DNA from: Felis catus
Lineage: Eukaryota
NCBI RefSeq assembly: GCF_018350175.1
Contig: NC_058368.1
Span: 195,240,001 to 195,304,000 of the forward strand
Length of the DNA: 64,000 bases
Direction of reading: 5' to 3'
Within the stretch, counting starts at the first letter, position 1. The number at the start of each line of letters is the position of its first letter. A program made the position numbers and the translations under genes. Positions 1 to 12,912 of the stretch are shown here, piece after piece. A model generated the notes under the pieces. That model had not been told where the DNA came from. It did not search any database and was given only the letters and a program-made list of their open reading frames with translations.

Positions 1-3000
1 CGCTTCACACACTCTCTTTATAATGCGACCATCTACGAAAACTCTGCCCCCAAGACCTACGTGGAGAGCTCCGTGAAAATGGGCATTTACCTCGCCGAGC
101 CCCAGTGGGCAGTGCGGTACCGGATCATCTCCGGGGACATGGCCAATGTGTTTAAAACAGAGGAGTACGTGGTGGGTGACTTCTGCTTTCTGAGAATAAG
201 AACAAAGAGCAGTAACACGGCCCTTCTGAACAGGGAGGTGCGAGACAGCTACACCCTCATCATCCAAGCCACGGAGAAGACCTTGGAGTTAGAAGCGTTG
301 ACCCGGGTGGTGGTCCACATCCTGGACCAGAATGACCTAAAGCCCCTCTTCTCCCCACCTTCATACCGAGTCACCATCTCTGAGGACATGCCCCTCAAGA
401 GCCCCATCTGCAAGGTGACCGCCACAGATGCGGATCTGGGCCAGAATGCCAAGTTCTACTATGCCTTCAACACAAGGTCGGAGACATTCGCCATCCATCC
501 CACCAGCGGCGTAGTCACCTTGGCTGGGAAGCTCAACGTCACCTGGCGAGGGAGGTACGAGCTCCAGGTGCTGGCTGTGGACCGCATGCGGAAAATCTCA
601 GAGGGCAACGGGTTTGGCAATCTGGCTGCCCTGGTCATCCACGTGGAGCCTGCCCTCAGGAAACCCCCGGCCATCACCTCGGTGGTGGTGGCTCCGCCGG
701 ACAGCAAGGAGGGTGCCACCTACGCCACCGTCATGGTAGACGCAAATAGCTCCGGCGCCGAAGTGGACTCGCTAGAGATAGTTGGGGGTGACCCTGGAAA
801 GTACTTCAAAGCCATCAAGTCTTACGCCCGCGGCAGTGAGTTCAGTTTGGTGTCTGTCAAAGACATCAACTGGCTGGAGCACCTTCATGGATTCAACCTC
901 AGCCTGCAGGCCAGGAGTGGGAGCGGGCCTTCTTCTCATTCCCAGATCAGGGGCTTCCACCTACCCCCTTCCAAACTGTCCTCCCTCAAATTTGAGAGGG
1001 CTGTTTACAGAGTGCGGCTTAGTGAGTTTTCCCCGCCTGGCAGCCGCGTGGTGATGGTGAAGGTAACCCGAGCCTTCCCCAACCTGCAGTATGTTCTAAA
1101 GCCGTCCTCAGAGAGTGCAGGGTTCAGACTTAATGCTCGCACTGGGCTCATCACCACCACGAAGCTCAGGGACTTCCATGACCGAGCCCACTACCAGCTA
1201 CACATCAGAACCTCACCGGGGCTGGCCTCCACCACCGTGGTCATTGATATAGTGGACTGTAACAACCATGCCCCCATCTTCAACAGGTCCTCCTATGATG
1301 GCACCTTTGATGAGAACATCCCTCCAGGCACCAGTATTCTGACAGTTACTGCCACAGACCGGGATCATGGGGAGAACGGATACATCACCTATTCCATCTC
1401 TCGTCCAAAAGCTGTGCCCTTCTCTATTGACCCTTACCTGGGGATTATCTCCACCTCCAAACCCATGGACTATGAGCTCATGAAAAGAATTTATACCTTC
1501 CGGGTGCGGGCATCAGACTGGGGCTCCCCATTTCGCCAGGAAAAGGAAGTGTCTATTTCTCTTAGGCTCAAGAACTTGAATGACAACAAGCCTATGTTTG
1601 AGCAAGTCAACTGCACTGGGTCTATCCACGAAGACTGGCCGGTAGGAAAATCACTAATGACTGTGTCCGCTATAGATGTGGACGAGCTGCAGAACCTAAA
1701 ATACGAGTTTGTGTCAGGCAATGAACTAGGGTATTTTGATCTAAACCATTTCTCTGGAGTGATATCCCTCAAGCGCTCTTTTATGAATCATACTACTACT
1801 GGTCAACCCATCAACTACTCCCTGAAAATTACAGCCTCAGATGGGAAACACTATGCCTCACCCACAACTTTGAATGTTACTGTAGTGAAAGATCCTCGTT
1901 TTGAGGTCCCTGTAACATGTGATAAAACAGGAGTATTGACACATTTCACGAAGGCCATCCTCCATTCTGTTGGGTTTCAGAACCAGGACTCCAGTGATGA
2001 GGACTTCATTTCCTTAAGTGCATATCAGATCAATCATCACACGCCCCAGTTTGAGGACCACTTCCCACAGTCCATTGACATCCTTGAACGTGTTCCTGTC
2101 AACACCTCCCTGGCCCGCCTGGCAGCCACTGACCCTGATACTGGATTTAATGGCAAACTGGTCTATGTGATTGCAGACGGCAACGACGAGGGCTGCTTTG
2201 ACATTGAGCTGGAGACAGGGCTGCTCACGGTAGCTGCCCCTTTGGACTATGAAGCCACCCGTTTCTACATCCTCAATGTAACAGTGTATGACTTGGGCAC
2301 TCCCCAGAAGTCATCCTGGAAGCTGCTGACAGTGAATGTGAAAGACTGGAATGACAATGCCCCCAGATTTCCTCCTGGTGGGTACCAGATAACCGTCTCG
2401 GAGAACACAGAAGTTGGAACCACAATTGCCGAGTTGAAAGCAAAAGACGCCGATTCCGATGACAATGGGAGGGTTCGCTACACTCTGCTAAGCCCCACAG
2501 AGAAGTTCTCCCTCCATCCCCTCACTGGGGAGCTGGCTGTCACAGGACACCTGGACCGGGAATCAGAGCCACAATATATACTCAAGGTGGAAGCCAGGGA
2601 TCAGCCCAGGAAGGGCCACCAGCTCTTCTCTGTCACTGACCTGAAAATCACATTGGAAGATGCCAATGACAACTCTCCTCAGTGTATCACGGAACTCAGC
2701 AGCCTGAAAGTCCCAGAGGATCTGCCCCCCGGGACTGTTCTAACGTTTCTGGATGCCTCCGATCCTGACGTGGGCCCTGCGGGAGAAGTGCGTTATGTCC
2801 TGTTGGATGATGCCCACGGGACCTTCCAGGTGGACCCGATGACTGGCGCGCTCAGTCTGGAGAGAGAGCTGGACTTTGAGAGGCGGGCTGGATACAATCT
2901 GAGCCTGTGGGCCAGTGACAGTGGGCGGCCCCTGGCCCGCAGGACCCTCTGCCACGTGGAAGTGATAGTCTTGGATGTGAATGAGAATCTCCACCCTCCC

Positions 3001-3169
3001 CGCTTTGCCTCCTTTGTGCACCAGGGCCAGGTGCAGGAGAACAGTCCCTCGGGAACGCAGGTGATGGTAGTGGCCGCCCACGATGATGATGGTGGCTTGG
3101 ATGGGGAGCTCCAGTACTTCCTGAGGGCTGGCACCAGTCTTGCAGCCTTTAGCATCAACAAAGACACAG
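1..3169 (+). CDS. FAT2: FAT2 coding exon 1 (5'-partial; N-terminal cadherin repeats)
   Basis: Frame is open from base 1 ([23 protein letters not shown]...). Has many cadherin DxNDN, LDRE and DYE motifs and matches the recalled human FAT2 N-terminus. Donor ACAG|GTACTG at 3169/3170, phase 1. Start codon is upstream of the window. Confidence 0.97.
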
Positions 3170-3344
3170 GTACTGGGAGTGGGGTGGACGGGAGTGCCAG
3201 GTGCTTGGAGAGGATGGGCCCTAAGGGGATCAGGGGCTGTCCTGAAAGAAGACAGGCTCCAGGCTAAAAAGAAAAGGCAATAAATAGGGACTCTCCTTCT
3301 TGTCCCTTTTATTTTATTTTAAATTAATCTTTATCACATAGGAG

Positions 3345-3400
3345 ATATATATATGTGTGTATATATGTGCGCACGCACGCATGTGTGTGTGTGTGTGTAT
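3345..3400. repeat. (TA)/(TG)/(CG) alternating purine-pyrimidine microsatellite
   Basis: atatatatatgtgtgtatatatgtgcgcacgcacgcatgtgtgt... Confidence 0.85.
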
Positions 3401-3534
3401 CCATTGAAGTCAAATCAACCATCTCACTAGCATTTGTGTGTATACGTATACACACACATAAACATACAGTATATGCATATGCTTATAAAAGTAATGCATC
3501 ATGGCTATAAATTTTTCTATATAATTTAAAAATT

Positions 3535-3730
3535 AATGTTTAAAAAAATTTTTGTTAGAGAGAGAGAGAGAGTGGGGGAGAGGGGCAAAGGGGGAGGGAG
3601 AGAAAATCTCAATCTGTCTCCAGGCTCAGTGCAGAGCCCAATGCAGGGCTCGATTCCACAAGCCTGGGGTCATGACCTGAGCTGAAATCAAGAGCTGGGC
3701 GTTCAACTGAGTGAACCATCCAGATGCCCC
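3535..3730 (-). mobile_element. CAN-SINE (older carnivore type)
   Basis: Reverse tRNA-derived head (...accatccagatgcccc), (GA)n tract and T-rich tail. Confidence 0.85.
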
Positions 3731-4055
3731 TAAATATGAATGGTTTTTTTTGTGTGTGTCCCATCTCCCTAGATATAATCTTTATTAACAATTTGGTCTA
3801 TAATCTTGTAAATTTTTCTTCTTTGTGTCTGACATTTCATCACTGTTCATTTTATTATATGAGAAAATCATACAAAAGACACTAATTCTGCAACACTTTT
3901 TTTTTTCACATAACATAACACCAGGATCTCTTACGTATCAGTACCTATATTTTTCCTTCTTTTTAAATGGCTGCATTTTATTCTATCATCTAGCTGTAAC
4001 ATCCTTGATCATATACTTTTACTCATATGCATGAGTCTCTATAGGGAAAACTCTT

Positions 4056-4273
4056 TTTTTTTTTTTTTTTTAACGTTTATTTATTTTTGGGACAGAGAGA
4101 GACAGAGCATGAACGGGGGAGGGGCAGAGAGAGAGGGAGACACAGAATCGGAAACAGGCTCCAGGCTCTGAGCCATCAGCCCAGAGCCTGATGCGGGGCT
4201 CGAACTCCCGGACCGCGAGATCGTGACCTGGCTGAAGTCGGACGCTTAACCGACTGCGCCACCCAGGCGCCCC
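4056..4273 (-). mobile_element. Young feline CAN-SINE (SINEC_Fc-like)
   Basis: Near-consensus head, poly-T tail, imperfect TSD gggaaa(a/g)ctctt. Confidence 0.93.
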
Positions 4274-4413
4274 ATGGGAAAGCTCTTAAAAATGCAGTTG
4301 CTGGGTCAAAGGATAATGCATATTTTCAATGTTAATACATAATTTCCATATTACCCTCCAAAAAGTTGGCACCAGCTTATTTACTCCCTTTTTTAAAGTT
4401 TATTTATTTATTT

Positions 4414-4626
4414 AGAAAAAAATTTTTAATGTTTATTTCTTTTTGAGAGACGGAGAGAGAACAAGCAGGGGAGGAGCAAAGAGTGAGGGAGACACAGAAT
4501 CCGAAGTAGACTTCAGGCTCTGAGCTGTCAGCACAGAGCCCGACTGGGGGCTCAAACTCATGAACCATGAGATCATGACCTGAGCTGAAGTCAGACACTT
4601 TACCAAATGAGCCAACCAGGCACCCC
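4414..4626 (-). mobile_element. CAN-SINE inserted in the tail of an older SINE
   Basis: 18-bp TSD aagtttatttatttattt at 4396-4413 and 4627-4644. Confidence 0.9.
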
Positions 4627-4788
4627 AAGTTTATTTATTTATTTTGGGAGAGAGAGAGAGAGAGAATGAATCCCAAGCAGGCTCCGCACTGTAAGTACAG
4701 AGCCCGACCCAGGGCTCAAACTCACGAACCGAGAGATCATGACCCAAGCTGAAATCAAGAATTGGATGCTTAACTGACCAAACTTCCC
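4627..4788 (-). mobile_element. Older CAN-SINE (host of the 4414-4626 copy)
   Basis: gaatcccaagcaggctccgcactgt...gagatcatgacccaagctgaaatcaag. Confidence 0.85.
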
Positions 4789-5643
4789 TATTTATTCCTT
4801 TTAAAGCTTCATAGAAAATAAGTGCAATTCACCAAACACTCACAAGCACCTTCTGCTTGTGAGATTCTGAGAGTGACACCTTGGGGGAGGTCCCAGGTGA
4901 ATAAAGGTAGGTCACTGTCCTCAAAGAGCTTACAATCTGATGGGTGATTTATTTCCAGGGTGAAGGGCAGGGTGATGTGGTAGAAAGAGCATTAGACTGA
5001 GAGTCAGTTGAAAGAGACTCTGCTCTTCAGGCCCACTTGCTACCCGATGTTGATCAAATCACGTTCTCTCTCTGGGCCTTCGTCCCTCCAGCTGACAAAA
5101 CAGTGAGATTCCTTCCGCTCTGCCCCACGACAGCTGTGAGCATGGGCCTTGTCCTCTGGCACAAGTCCTTCCAGCTGAGCGTGGCCCATGAGAACTTAGG
5201 GTGCACCCCTCTTGTGCTCACTGTCGGACTCTCGACTTCTAGAACAGTGCTGGCCCATAGTAAGCAATCTCTGGAGCGAGCAAACTGAGGCATGAAGTGA
5301 GGTCTCTAGAATCATAAGGATGCTGGAAAGGGGAACAGCAATTTAGTCATCAGATCCCTAACCTTTAAATGGGTATCTACACTATTTGAAACTTGAGGGA
5401 ACCGGTTTAAGGACAACTGTCACAGGCTTATCTTAGCAGAGAACGGTTCTGAGAGGCTCTACAGCAAGGCTACGACTTGCATGCGTTTAACTCAGCAGCT
5501 CCCACACCACATCGACAGCAGGTCCCTTTTCCTGTGGAACACTCCTGTTTCCACAGTATCGCCCGGGGACCGTTAGGTAAAGTGATTCCGAAAGCTACTG
5601 TGAGCTCTAAAAGATTTGGGGTTTGGTGCTCGACTGTCCCTAG

Positions 5644-5958
5644 GTATGATCCAGACTCTGGCACCCCTGGACCGAGAATCTGTGTCCTGCTACTGGCTGA
5701 CGGTACTGGCAGTGGACAGAGGTTCCATACCTCTCTCTTCCGTAACCGAAGTCTACATTGAGGTTACAGATGTCAACGACAACCCGCCCCGGATGTCCAG
5801 GCCGGTGTTCTATCCCTCCGTCCGGGAGGATGCCCCCCTGCACACCTCTGTGCTTCAGCTGGATGCCTGGGACCCGGACTCCAGCTCCAAAGGGAAGCTG
5901 ACCTTCAACATCACCGGTGGGAACAATATGGGATTCTTTGTTCTTCACCCGCTCACAG
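5644..5958 (+). CDS. FAT2: FAT2 coding exon 2
   Basis: ctag|GTATGATC ... CACAG|gtaagg; 315 nt; [12 protein letters not shown]...HPLT. Confidence 0.96.
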
Positions 5959-5999
5959 GTAAGGACCTCAGGAATCTGGCTGAATAGGAGTCTCTACCA

Positions 6000-6171
6000 C
6001 AGTGCTTTTCACAGTTCGGTCTTGGACCATCATCCTCAGCATCACCTGCCCACGAGTTAGCAATTCAAATTCTCAGGCCCCACCTTACCACAGGCCGGGG
6101 CCCAGAAACCCATCTTTTATTTAACAAAATATCCGGGGGATTCTCAGGGGTGCTAAGTTTGAGAACCACTG
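6000..6171. mobile_element. MER5A-like hAT-Charlie MITE
   Basis: Imperfect TIRs cagtgcttttcacagtt / aagtttgagaaccactg; internal aaattctcaggccccacc. Confidence 0.7.
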
Positions 6172-7429
6172 CTGTGCAGTCTATCTCTCTGGGAAAACAA
6201 GAATATATTGGCTTTCTTTCCTTGGGGCCTAGGAAAGCTAAGCAGGATGCCTGGGTGGCCACGCTGGGACTATTTCAGATCTCTGAGTGCTCCCAAACTG
6301 ACCCCTCCCCCGAGTCACAGCCACAGATCCAATCTCTTAACCCTAGTTCTAAACCGATCTCAAGCCTGCCCACAGAGCGGTGGCAGTGGAGATCCACTCC
6401 AGTAGAGTCAACCATCTCATAAACATCTATCCTTGGCCCAAGGCCATCCGGGGCAAGACGGTGGGTGGTTCATAGACCACAAAGGCGTTTTGTTTGGCTT
6501 GTGCAAGTCTTAAACAATGATTTTTCAAGTTGTTGCCAGCATTTAAAAATTAGAAAATTCCACAAAACACTCCAGATTTCCGGTGGATCGTAAAGAACTA
6601 GGAGATCTGGCCACACTGAGCTCACATTTGCACAGGGCCTCAACTACCTGAAGCCAACAGCAGCTCTCCATGCAGAGCAGGTGCCTGTCCTCTGGTCCCC
6701 ATGGGCCCCTCCTCCCTCTTGTGCTACCCTCAGCCTGCTTCTCGAACTGAGGCTACCTGCCTGGCTCCTGTTGCTGTTGGAATTTGAGAGCCAGCTCCCG
6801 CTGCTGTGGATATGTCTCCAAAGCCACATCTTTCTCTTAGAGGATGGACAGCGGTATAGCAGAGAGGGCAGACGCTATCTCCTCCGAACCCAAGATCCTA
6901 TCTCTGGCTCCAATAATTCATTCTTGGAAGGACAGAACCCTGGCGAGATTGGAGGAGGTGGAAAGGGAGAAACTAGCTCCCCATCCTTAAGACAGAAGGA
7001 AATGAGGAGGAGCAAGAGGCTGGAAGTCCTGGGACAGACGGTGGGTGGAGGACGCAAGTATCTATTTGCACAGGGACATTTGTTTGGAGCCTTTCCTGTT
7101 AACCTTTGATCTCAAGGAATGGATTAGTACTTTAAGAAGGATCCTTTCACCCTGGAAAACAGGCCTAAGCTGGCTCTCACTGGGCCCATCCTGTCCCCCC
7201 CCCCCCCCGACCTTGCAGAAGAGAGAAGAGGTCTCTCACCTAAGGCATTGGCTTCTCAATGTCTTCCAAATCCCCATCCTGTTTACTGTCAACAGTTCCC
7301 TGACACAGGGTCTGGCAAAATGCCCCAGAGAACAGAGATGTCCTTAGTCTTCCTGCAGTTGAGGAGAAGACATTTTAACCAGCACGAACATTTAAAAATA
7401 AAATAATAAGTCAGGAGTGGAGGCCCCAG

Positions 7430-8222
7430 CCCCCCTTTCTTATCACCACCATTACATCATCCCATTTCCCTGCCTGGATACTTTGAATGGTTCCCCCACA
7501 TCCTTAAGATAAAGCCAGATCCTGCCATGTCTCCCACACTGCGTCTGACATCGTCTCTGTGGACCTTTCGGGCTTCATCCTGCCTTTCTTCTCCTACCAC
7601 TCTGGTTCCGACGACATGGCCTGTTTCAGTCCGTGCCCTCTCCTGACACATGGCCTTTGCATACACTGTTCTTTCTTCCAGAAGTTCCTTTTCCTTTCCT
7701 TTAGTCTGGCTAACTCCCACTCCTCTTTCAGATCCCAGCCCAGCCATTCTTTCTTTACAGTTTTTCCTGACACTATAATACATCTCCCAGCTCAGTCTAC
7801 TTTAAAAAAAACACATTTTTTTTAATGTTTATTTGTATTAGAGAGAGAGAGAGACAGTGCGTGAGCAGAGGAGGGGCAGAGAAAGACAGAGACAGAATCT
7901 GAGGCAGGCTCCAGGCTCTGAGTTGTCAGCACAGGGCCTGACACGGGGCTCGAACTCATCAGCCATGAGATCATGACCTGAGCCGAAGTCGGACGCTCAA
8001 CTGACTGAGCCACCCAGGGGCCCTTTCTCCTTTCTTTTTTAAACACTTATCACAGAACATTATATTCACGTGTGTGATTATTCCATTAATTATCTATGTC
8101 CTCCACTAAACTTCAAAGGCTTTCTAGAAAAGGAACCTTGATTGTTTTTTCCTTCTTTAATATCTTCAGTGCCTAGCACACAGTAGGACTTCAAGAAATA
8201 AGAGAGTCATTAATGAATGAAT
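7430..8222 (+). mobile_element. L2 3' fragment interrupted by a SINE
   Basis: Ends gcctagcacacagtagg...aatgaatgaat, typical of the L2 3' end; boundaries approximate. Confidence 0.55.
7816..8023 (-). mobile_element. CAN-SINE
   Basis: Reverse head ...gactgagccacccaggggccc, (GA)n tract and T tail. Confidence 0.9.
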
Positions 8223-8679
8223 CTCTGCCAGCATTGACCATCGCTAGTGAAGCCCAAGCTTCATCCCTTTGTTCAACAAATGTTTAAAGGTGTCTGCCCT
8301 CATGAAGCATTTAAACTGTGTGCTGTGTTGAGATGTGAAGATAATTAAACACAGTTTGGGGCCTTGAGGAACTCAACCCATCAAGAGCATGAAGATCTGG
8401 GTATAAAAAACTAGAGAGCCAGTGCGAACGAGCCCATCGTAAGATATGTGTAGATGCGGTGCCACAGCCACCCAGAGGAGAGGGAGAGTTGCTCGGTGTG
8501 GTGCAGTAGCAACAGCTTCATGGAGCAGGGGTGGCCATGCTGAGCTGAAGGGTGAGAAGGACGGACAGCAGTCTGCAAGGACACCTGGGCAAGGAGAGCG
8601 ACTGGAGCAATAGCCAGCAGGGAGGAAGGGACAGCAAGTAGGGCAATTGTCTAAATGCAGATCCCATTCCTCCTACTTA

Positions 8680-8709
8680 TTTTTTTAATTTAAAAAATGT
8701 TTATTTATT

Positions 8710-8741
<32 letters not shown>

Positions 8742-8872
8742 TCCCAAGCAGGCTCCACACTGTCAGCACAGAGCCTGATGCAGGGCTTGATCTCATGAAC
8801 CATGAGATCATGACCTGAGCCAAAATCAAGGGTCAGGCAGATGTTTAACCCCCTGGGCCACCAAGATGCCCC
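8680..8872 (-). mobile_element. CAN-SINE (older type) within a MIR relic (about 8650-9040)
   Basis: SINE body plus degenerate TSD ...acttatt; flanks resemble the MIR core (acttattaactg...gtaaagttactcag...gtaaaatagacatgatgatagctacctc). Confidence 0.8.
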
Positions 8873-9516
8873 AACTTCCCTCACTTATTAACTGCAAGAG
8901 GTAGGTAAAGTTACTCAGCTGCTTTATGCCTGACTTTTCCCACCAGTAAAATAGACATGATGATAGCTACCTCCTGTGTAATTGTAAAGATTAAGTGAGT
9001 TAATCAATATAGATCTATACAGAGCTGGACACAGAGGAGTGTTGGCTGTTGGGACCCTGAAGGAGAGGGAGCTGCAAAGGTGGTTGGAGTAAGATCCAGA
9101 CTGTGGTAGGGCAGGGTGAATGGAGTAGAAGGATCTGGAATCCATTAGAGGTGGAATCAACAGGTGTTGGAGAATCACTGGATGAGGGAGAGGAAAGTCA
9201 AAGATGGGCCTGAGATGGGTGATGGGAAACATTTGTTTGGGGAAGAGAAATGACGAGGGTCACCTCATGCCAGGAAGGATCCTCACACAGGACCCATGGG
9301 GGCGGCTTTGCCATGTCCCCATTCTATAAGGCACTCCCTGGGAATCCTGACACTGACCTCAGAGAGAGGGATGAGGCTGACGACAGAGGCAATGATCCAG
9401 GAAGCCATAGGCAGAAATTCCAGGGACACTGGCCCTTAGAAGGTCTGGGGATGCGGTGGTGAGACAAGGGAGAGAGAGAGAGAAGAAAAACCAGAGACAG
9501 ACAATGTCGGATATTC

Positions 9517-9665
9517 AGAGAGGTAAATAAGGGGAGGGAAGAGAGGAAGAGAGAGGTAAGGAAGAGAGAAGGAGGACGGTGAGGGATAAATGAGAGAGAG
9601 AGAGAGAGAGAGAGAGGGGAGAGAAAGGGATAAGAGGGGACGGAGAGAGAGAAGCAGGAGGAAAG
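9517..9665. repeat. GA-rich polypurine tract
   Basis: About 150 nt of nearly pure A/G, including (GA)n. Confidence 0.8.
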
Positions 9666-10520
9666 CCAGGACTGAGCCAGAAGGAAGGTTTACTAGCTGA
9701 GGCCCTTTCGTCCCTGCACTCCTCCTGGGGGGCCCGGGATCCTGGGCCCTTCCCTGTCAGGCCTCTCAGCTTGGGGATGAACTGAGTGAGGTGACCTGGG
9801 ACAATATCCACACTGGCCCAGAGAAGTGTGTCTTTCTTCCCTGACTGGAAGGGCCTTGAGCTGTGGGGCTTTCCAGGAACCTTCTCTGCTCCACACGACC
9901 CCCCCCCCCCCCCATGCCTGCCCTCAGTCAGGGAAGAAAAAGTCAGGGTGACTTGGTTCTACCTCACAAGGCAGCAACGCTTCTCTAACAGAGGCCACTC
10001 CTCACACATGCTCCCATTTCCAGCACCGGGAGTCTCCACCCAGTACCAGCTCCCCTCTCCCCTCACTGAGCCCCCTTCCTCACACTCCATTCCATGACTC
10101 CGCCATTTAATTGCCTAAACAAGATTAAAAAAAACTTGCTGAAAGTTTCAGATGACCCACTGACCCCTGCCTGCTCTGCTTTCATTCAAGAGACCTTTCC
10201 TACCCAGTGCTGATGCATCACCTGTAGCATCACCTCCATCTTGACTTTCCTGATGGCGGTAGACAGCTGGCACTTTCTCTCCTCTCCGGCCTCAGATGCC
10301 TGCAGTTTGTAGCCATAGTGCCACAGGAAATCAAAACTAGACTCACAGATACCCAAAGCCACCTTCCTCAACTTACAGGCAAGCTGAGAGGAGCCAGGGG
10401 ACACAAGCTGCCTCCCCGCCCCCAAGCCCCCAATAATACATTGCGCACAGATCCCTCCCCCGCCCTTTTTTTACTATCTCTTTTTTTAAGTTTGTTTGTT
10501 TATTTATTTATTTATTTATT

Positions 10521-10729
10521 TATTTTCAACGTTTATTTATTTTTGGGACAGAGAGAGACAGAGCATGAACAGGGGAGGGGCAGAGAGAGAGGGAGACACA
10601 GAATCGGAAACAGGCTCCAGGCTCTGAGCCATCAGCCCAGAGCCTGACGCGGGGCTCGAACTCACGGACCGCGAGATCGTGACCTGGCTGAAGTCGGACG
10701 CTTAACCGACTGCGCCACCCAGGCGCCCC
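10521..10729 (-). mobile_element. Young SINEC_Fc-like copy nested in the tail of an older SINE
   Basis: Near-identical to 4056-4273; flanked by ttatttatttt. Confidence 0.92.
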
Positions 10730-10918
10730 TTATTTATTTTGAGAGAGAGACAGAGAGAGCAAGTGGGGCAGGGGCAGAGAGAGAGACAGAATCCCAAGCA
10801 GGCTCTGCACTGTCAGCGAAGAGCCCACTGTGGGGTTCGAACTCACAAGCCATGAGATCATGACCTGAGCCAAAATCAAGAGTCAGATGCTTAACCAATT
10901 GAGCCACCCAGGTGCCCC
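10730..10918 (-). mobile_element. Older CAN-SINE (host)
   Basis: gaatcccaagcaggctctgcactgtcagc...gagccacccaggtgcccc. Confidence 0.88.
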
Positions 10919-11168
10919 CACAGCATCCTTTCTAATGGTGAAAGCTGGACGTAGGTGGGAACACCTGCGGATCCCATGGTCTCTGCTGTACTCTCCTTCC
11001 TCACTTCCCCTTCTCCTCCTTCAGGGCCCCATTTCCCCTTAATGCCTTTGCTCTCCAAAGACCAGAAAAATTCTGCCCTAGGATTTAAATGTATCCGTGA
11101 ACACACTCTCAATAAAGTGGCCCTGGGAGCCCTTCGCTCAGGTGTCCCTCCTTCCGCCTCTCCCCCAG

Positions 11169-11227
11169 GTCTCCTATCCACAGCCCGGCAGCTGGACAGA
11201 GAGAACAAGGATGAACACATCCTGGAG
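11169..11227 (+). CDS. FAT2: FAT2 coding exon 3 (59 nt)
   Basis: ccag|GTCTCC ... GGAG|gtgagt; GLLSTARQLDRENKDEHILE. Confidence 0.95.
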
Positions 11228-12600
11228 GTGAGTAATGGTGGTGAACTCATTCACTGGATTCAAAAACCTCCTGAAGGAGGCCAAGCAGAAGCTGAGCCAG
11301 GCCTTGGGGCCACATGGGCATCTCCGAGTAATGTGACTGAGGCTCAGGGCAGAGGAGTTTCTTAAGCTGAGTCTTGCTGTGGTTGGTGGTGAAGCCTCTC
11401 AGGGTCTTTCCTGGCTCTCCAGCACTGGGAAGGGAAGGAATCTGAAACCGTGTCTGGGCTGGGCAGGAAGCGCTGATTGATTAGTAATGTCTGTGGTGAG
11501 TACAGGAATAGGGAGTGGTACACACATGCTGTGTACTTGTTGAGTCTGGTTTCCAGCCCATCCCTATGCCCAAGGTCAAGCACTAGGTCAGTACAGACCC
11601 AGATGAAAGCCCAGACCTTTGTTCTCTAGATCTGTGGGCTCTAGGATGTTTGTAAAATCACGTAAACATCCCTGGTGCCCGTTCCAACAAGAGGAATCAG
11701 TCTTGACCCAGAATGGAGTAAATCAGAAGGAATCTACTTATGCCCCCTCTGGAGCTATCCATAACTGATGAGCGGGCATCTCTTCCAGTCTTAAAGACAT
11801 CAGGTGGGAGGGACACACATTCCTTCAGCAGAATTGAAATAAACTGGCCTTCTATGCTCTCAGGCTCTGCACCTCCCCTTTGAAAGAGACAGGTATTATT
11901 AGTAAGCAGTTGCTAAACGGCCTTCTAGGGACCAAGCATTCTCCCTAGCTCAGCAGAGGTATTTCTCTTCAAACACCAAAATATTTTAAAAATTCAGAAC
12001 CACTTAGAGTGGAAATGTCCTATCTTGTATGATGCCCTCGGGGCCCTTGATGCGTGGGACGATTTGCCCCTACATGAAATAGCCCTTGATTCTGAAGTTG
12101 TTTTAGGAGTTAGTGCCTTTTCTCTTGCCCTGGATTTTATTTCATGCATCGGTCGGCATGTCTGACTCAAAAGGTACCACCCACTCCTTCATAAACATCT
12201 TCCCATTTGTTTTTTTTCTAACCTCCAGTAGCTTAAGGAAACCAGAGAACAAAGCTTATGAGAATTACAAGCAAATAAAAAGTAAATGGTCTCCGAGAAA
12301 TGGCCCATGGGCCTCCTGAGTAAAGAACATGAGCTTTTCTCTAGAGCCTCTGTGGCTTTGTTTTCTTCCAATTCTTTCCGGCTTCTCTGTTCTTGCTGGC
12401 TTTCCCGTGGGCGAGGTCACCAGAGAGCTGGGTTCCAAGTAGGTGAAGTTATGATAATGAAAATCACAAGTATATACCAAAACACAGCCTGGCTAATGTT
12501 TCCAGGCTGTGCAAGGCAGGGATAGCAGAAGGGTTGCAGTGGGTGGTGATGCATATTCACTGCTTTGCACTTGGCAATTCATACTCCATTCTGTACCCAG

Positions 12601-12912
12601 GTGACTGTGCTGGACAACGGGGAGCCCTCCTTAAAGTCCACCTCCAGGGTGGTGGTCCGCATCTTAGATGTCAACGACAACCCCCCCGTGTTCTCCCACA
12701 AACTCTTCAATGTCCGCCTTCCAGAGAGGCTGAGCCCGGCAACCCCTGGGCCTGTGTACAGGCTGGTGGCTTCAGACCCTGATGAGGGTCTCAATGGCAG
12801 GGTCACCTACAGTATCGAGGAGAGTGATGAGGGGAGCTTCAGCATCGACCCAGCCACAGGCATGGTGTCATCCAGCAACACCTTCACAGCCGGAGAGTAC
12901 AACATCCTAACA
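12601..12912 (+). CDS. FAT2: FAT2 coding exon 4
   Basis: ccag|GTGACT ... CTAACA|gtgagt; 312 nt; VTVLDNGEP...YNILT. Confidence 0.96.

Noticed and set aside
61..63. ORF-track start 'M' of the 1068-aa ORF
   Set aside because: It is a GTG (Val) inside a frame already open from base 1; the real start and signal peptide are upstream of the window
249..3167. Antisense ORFs overlapping exons
   Set aside because: Expected shadows of GC-rich coding sequence; no recognisable domains
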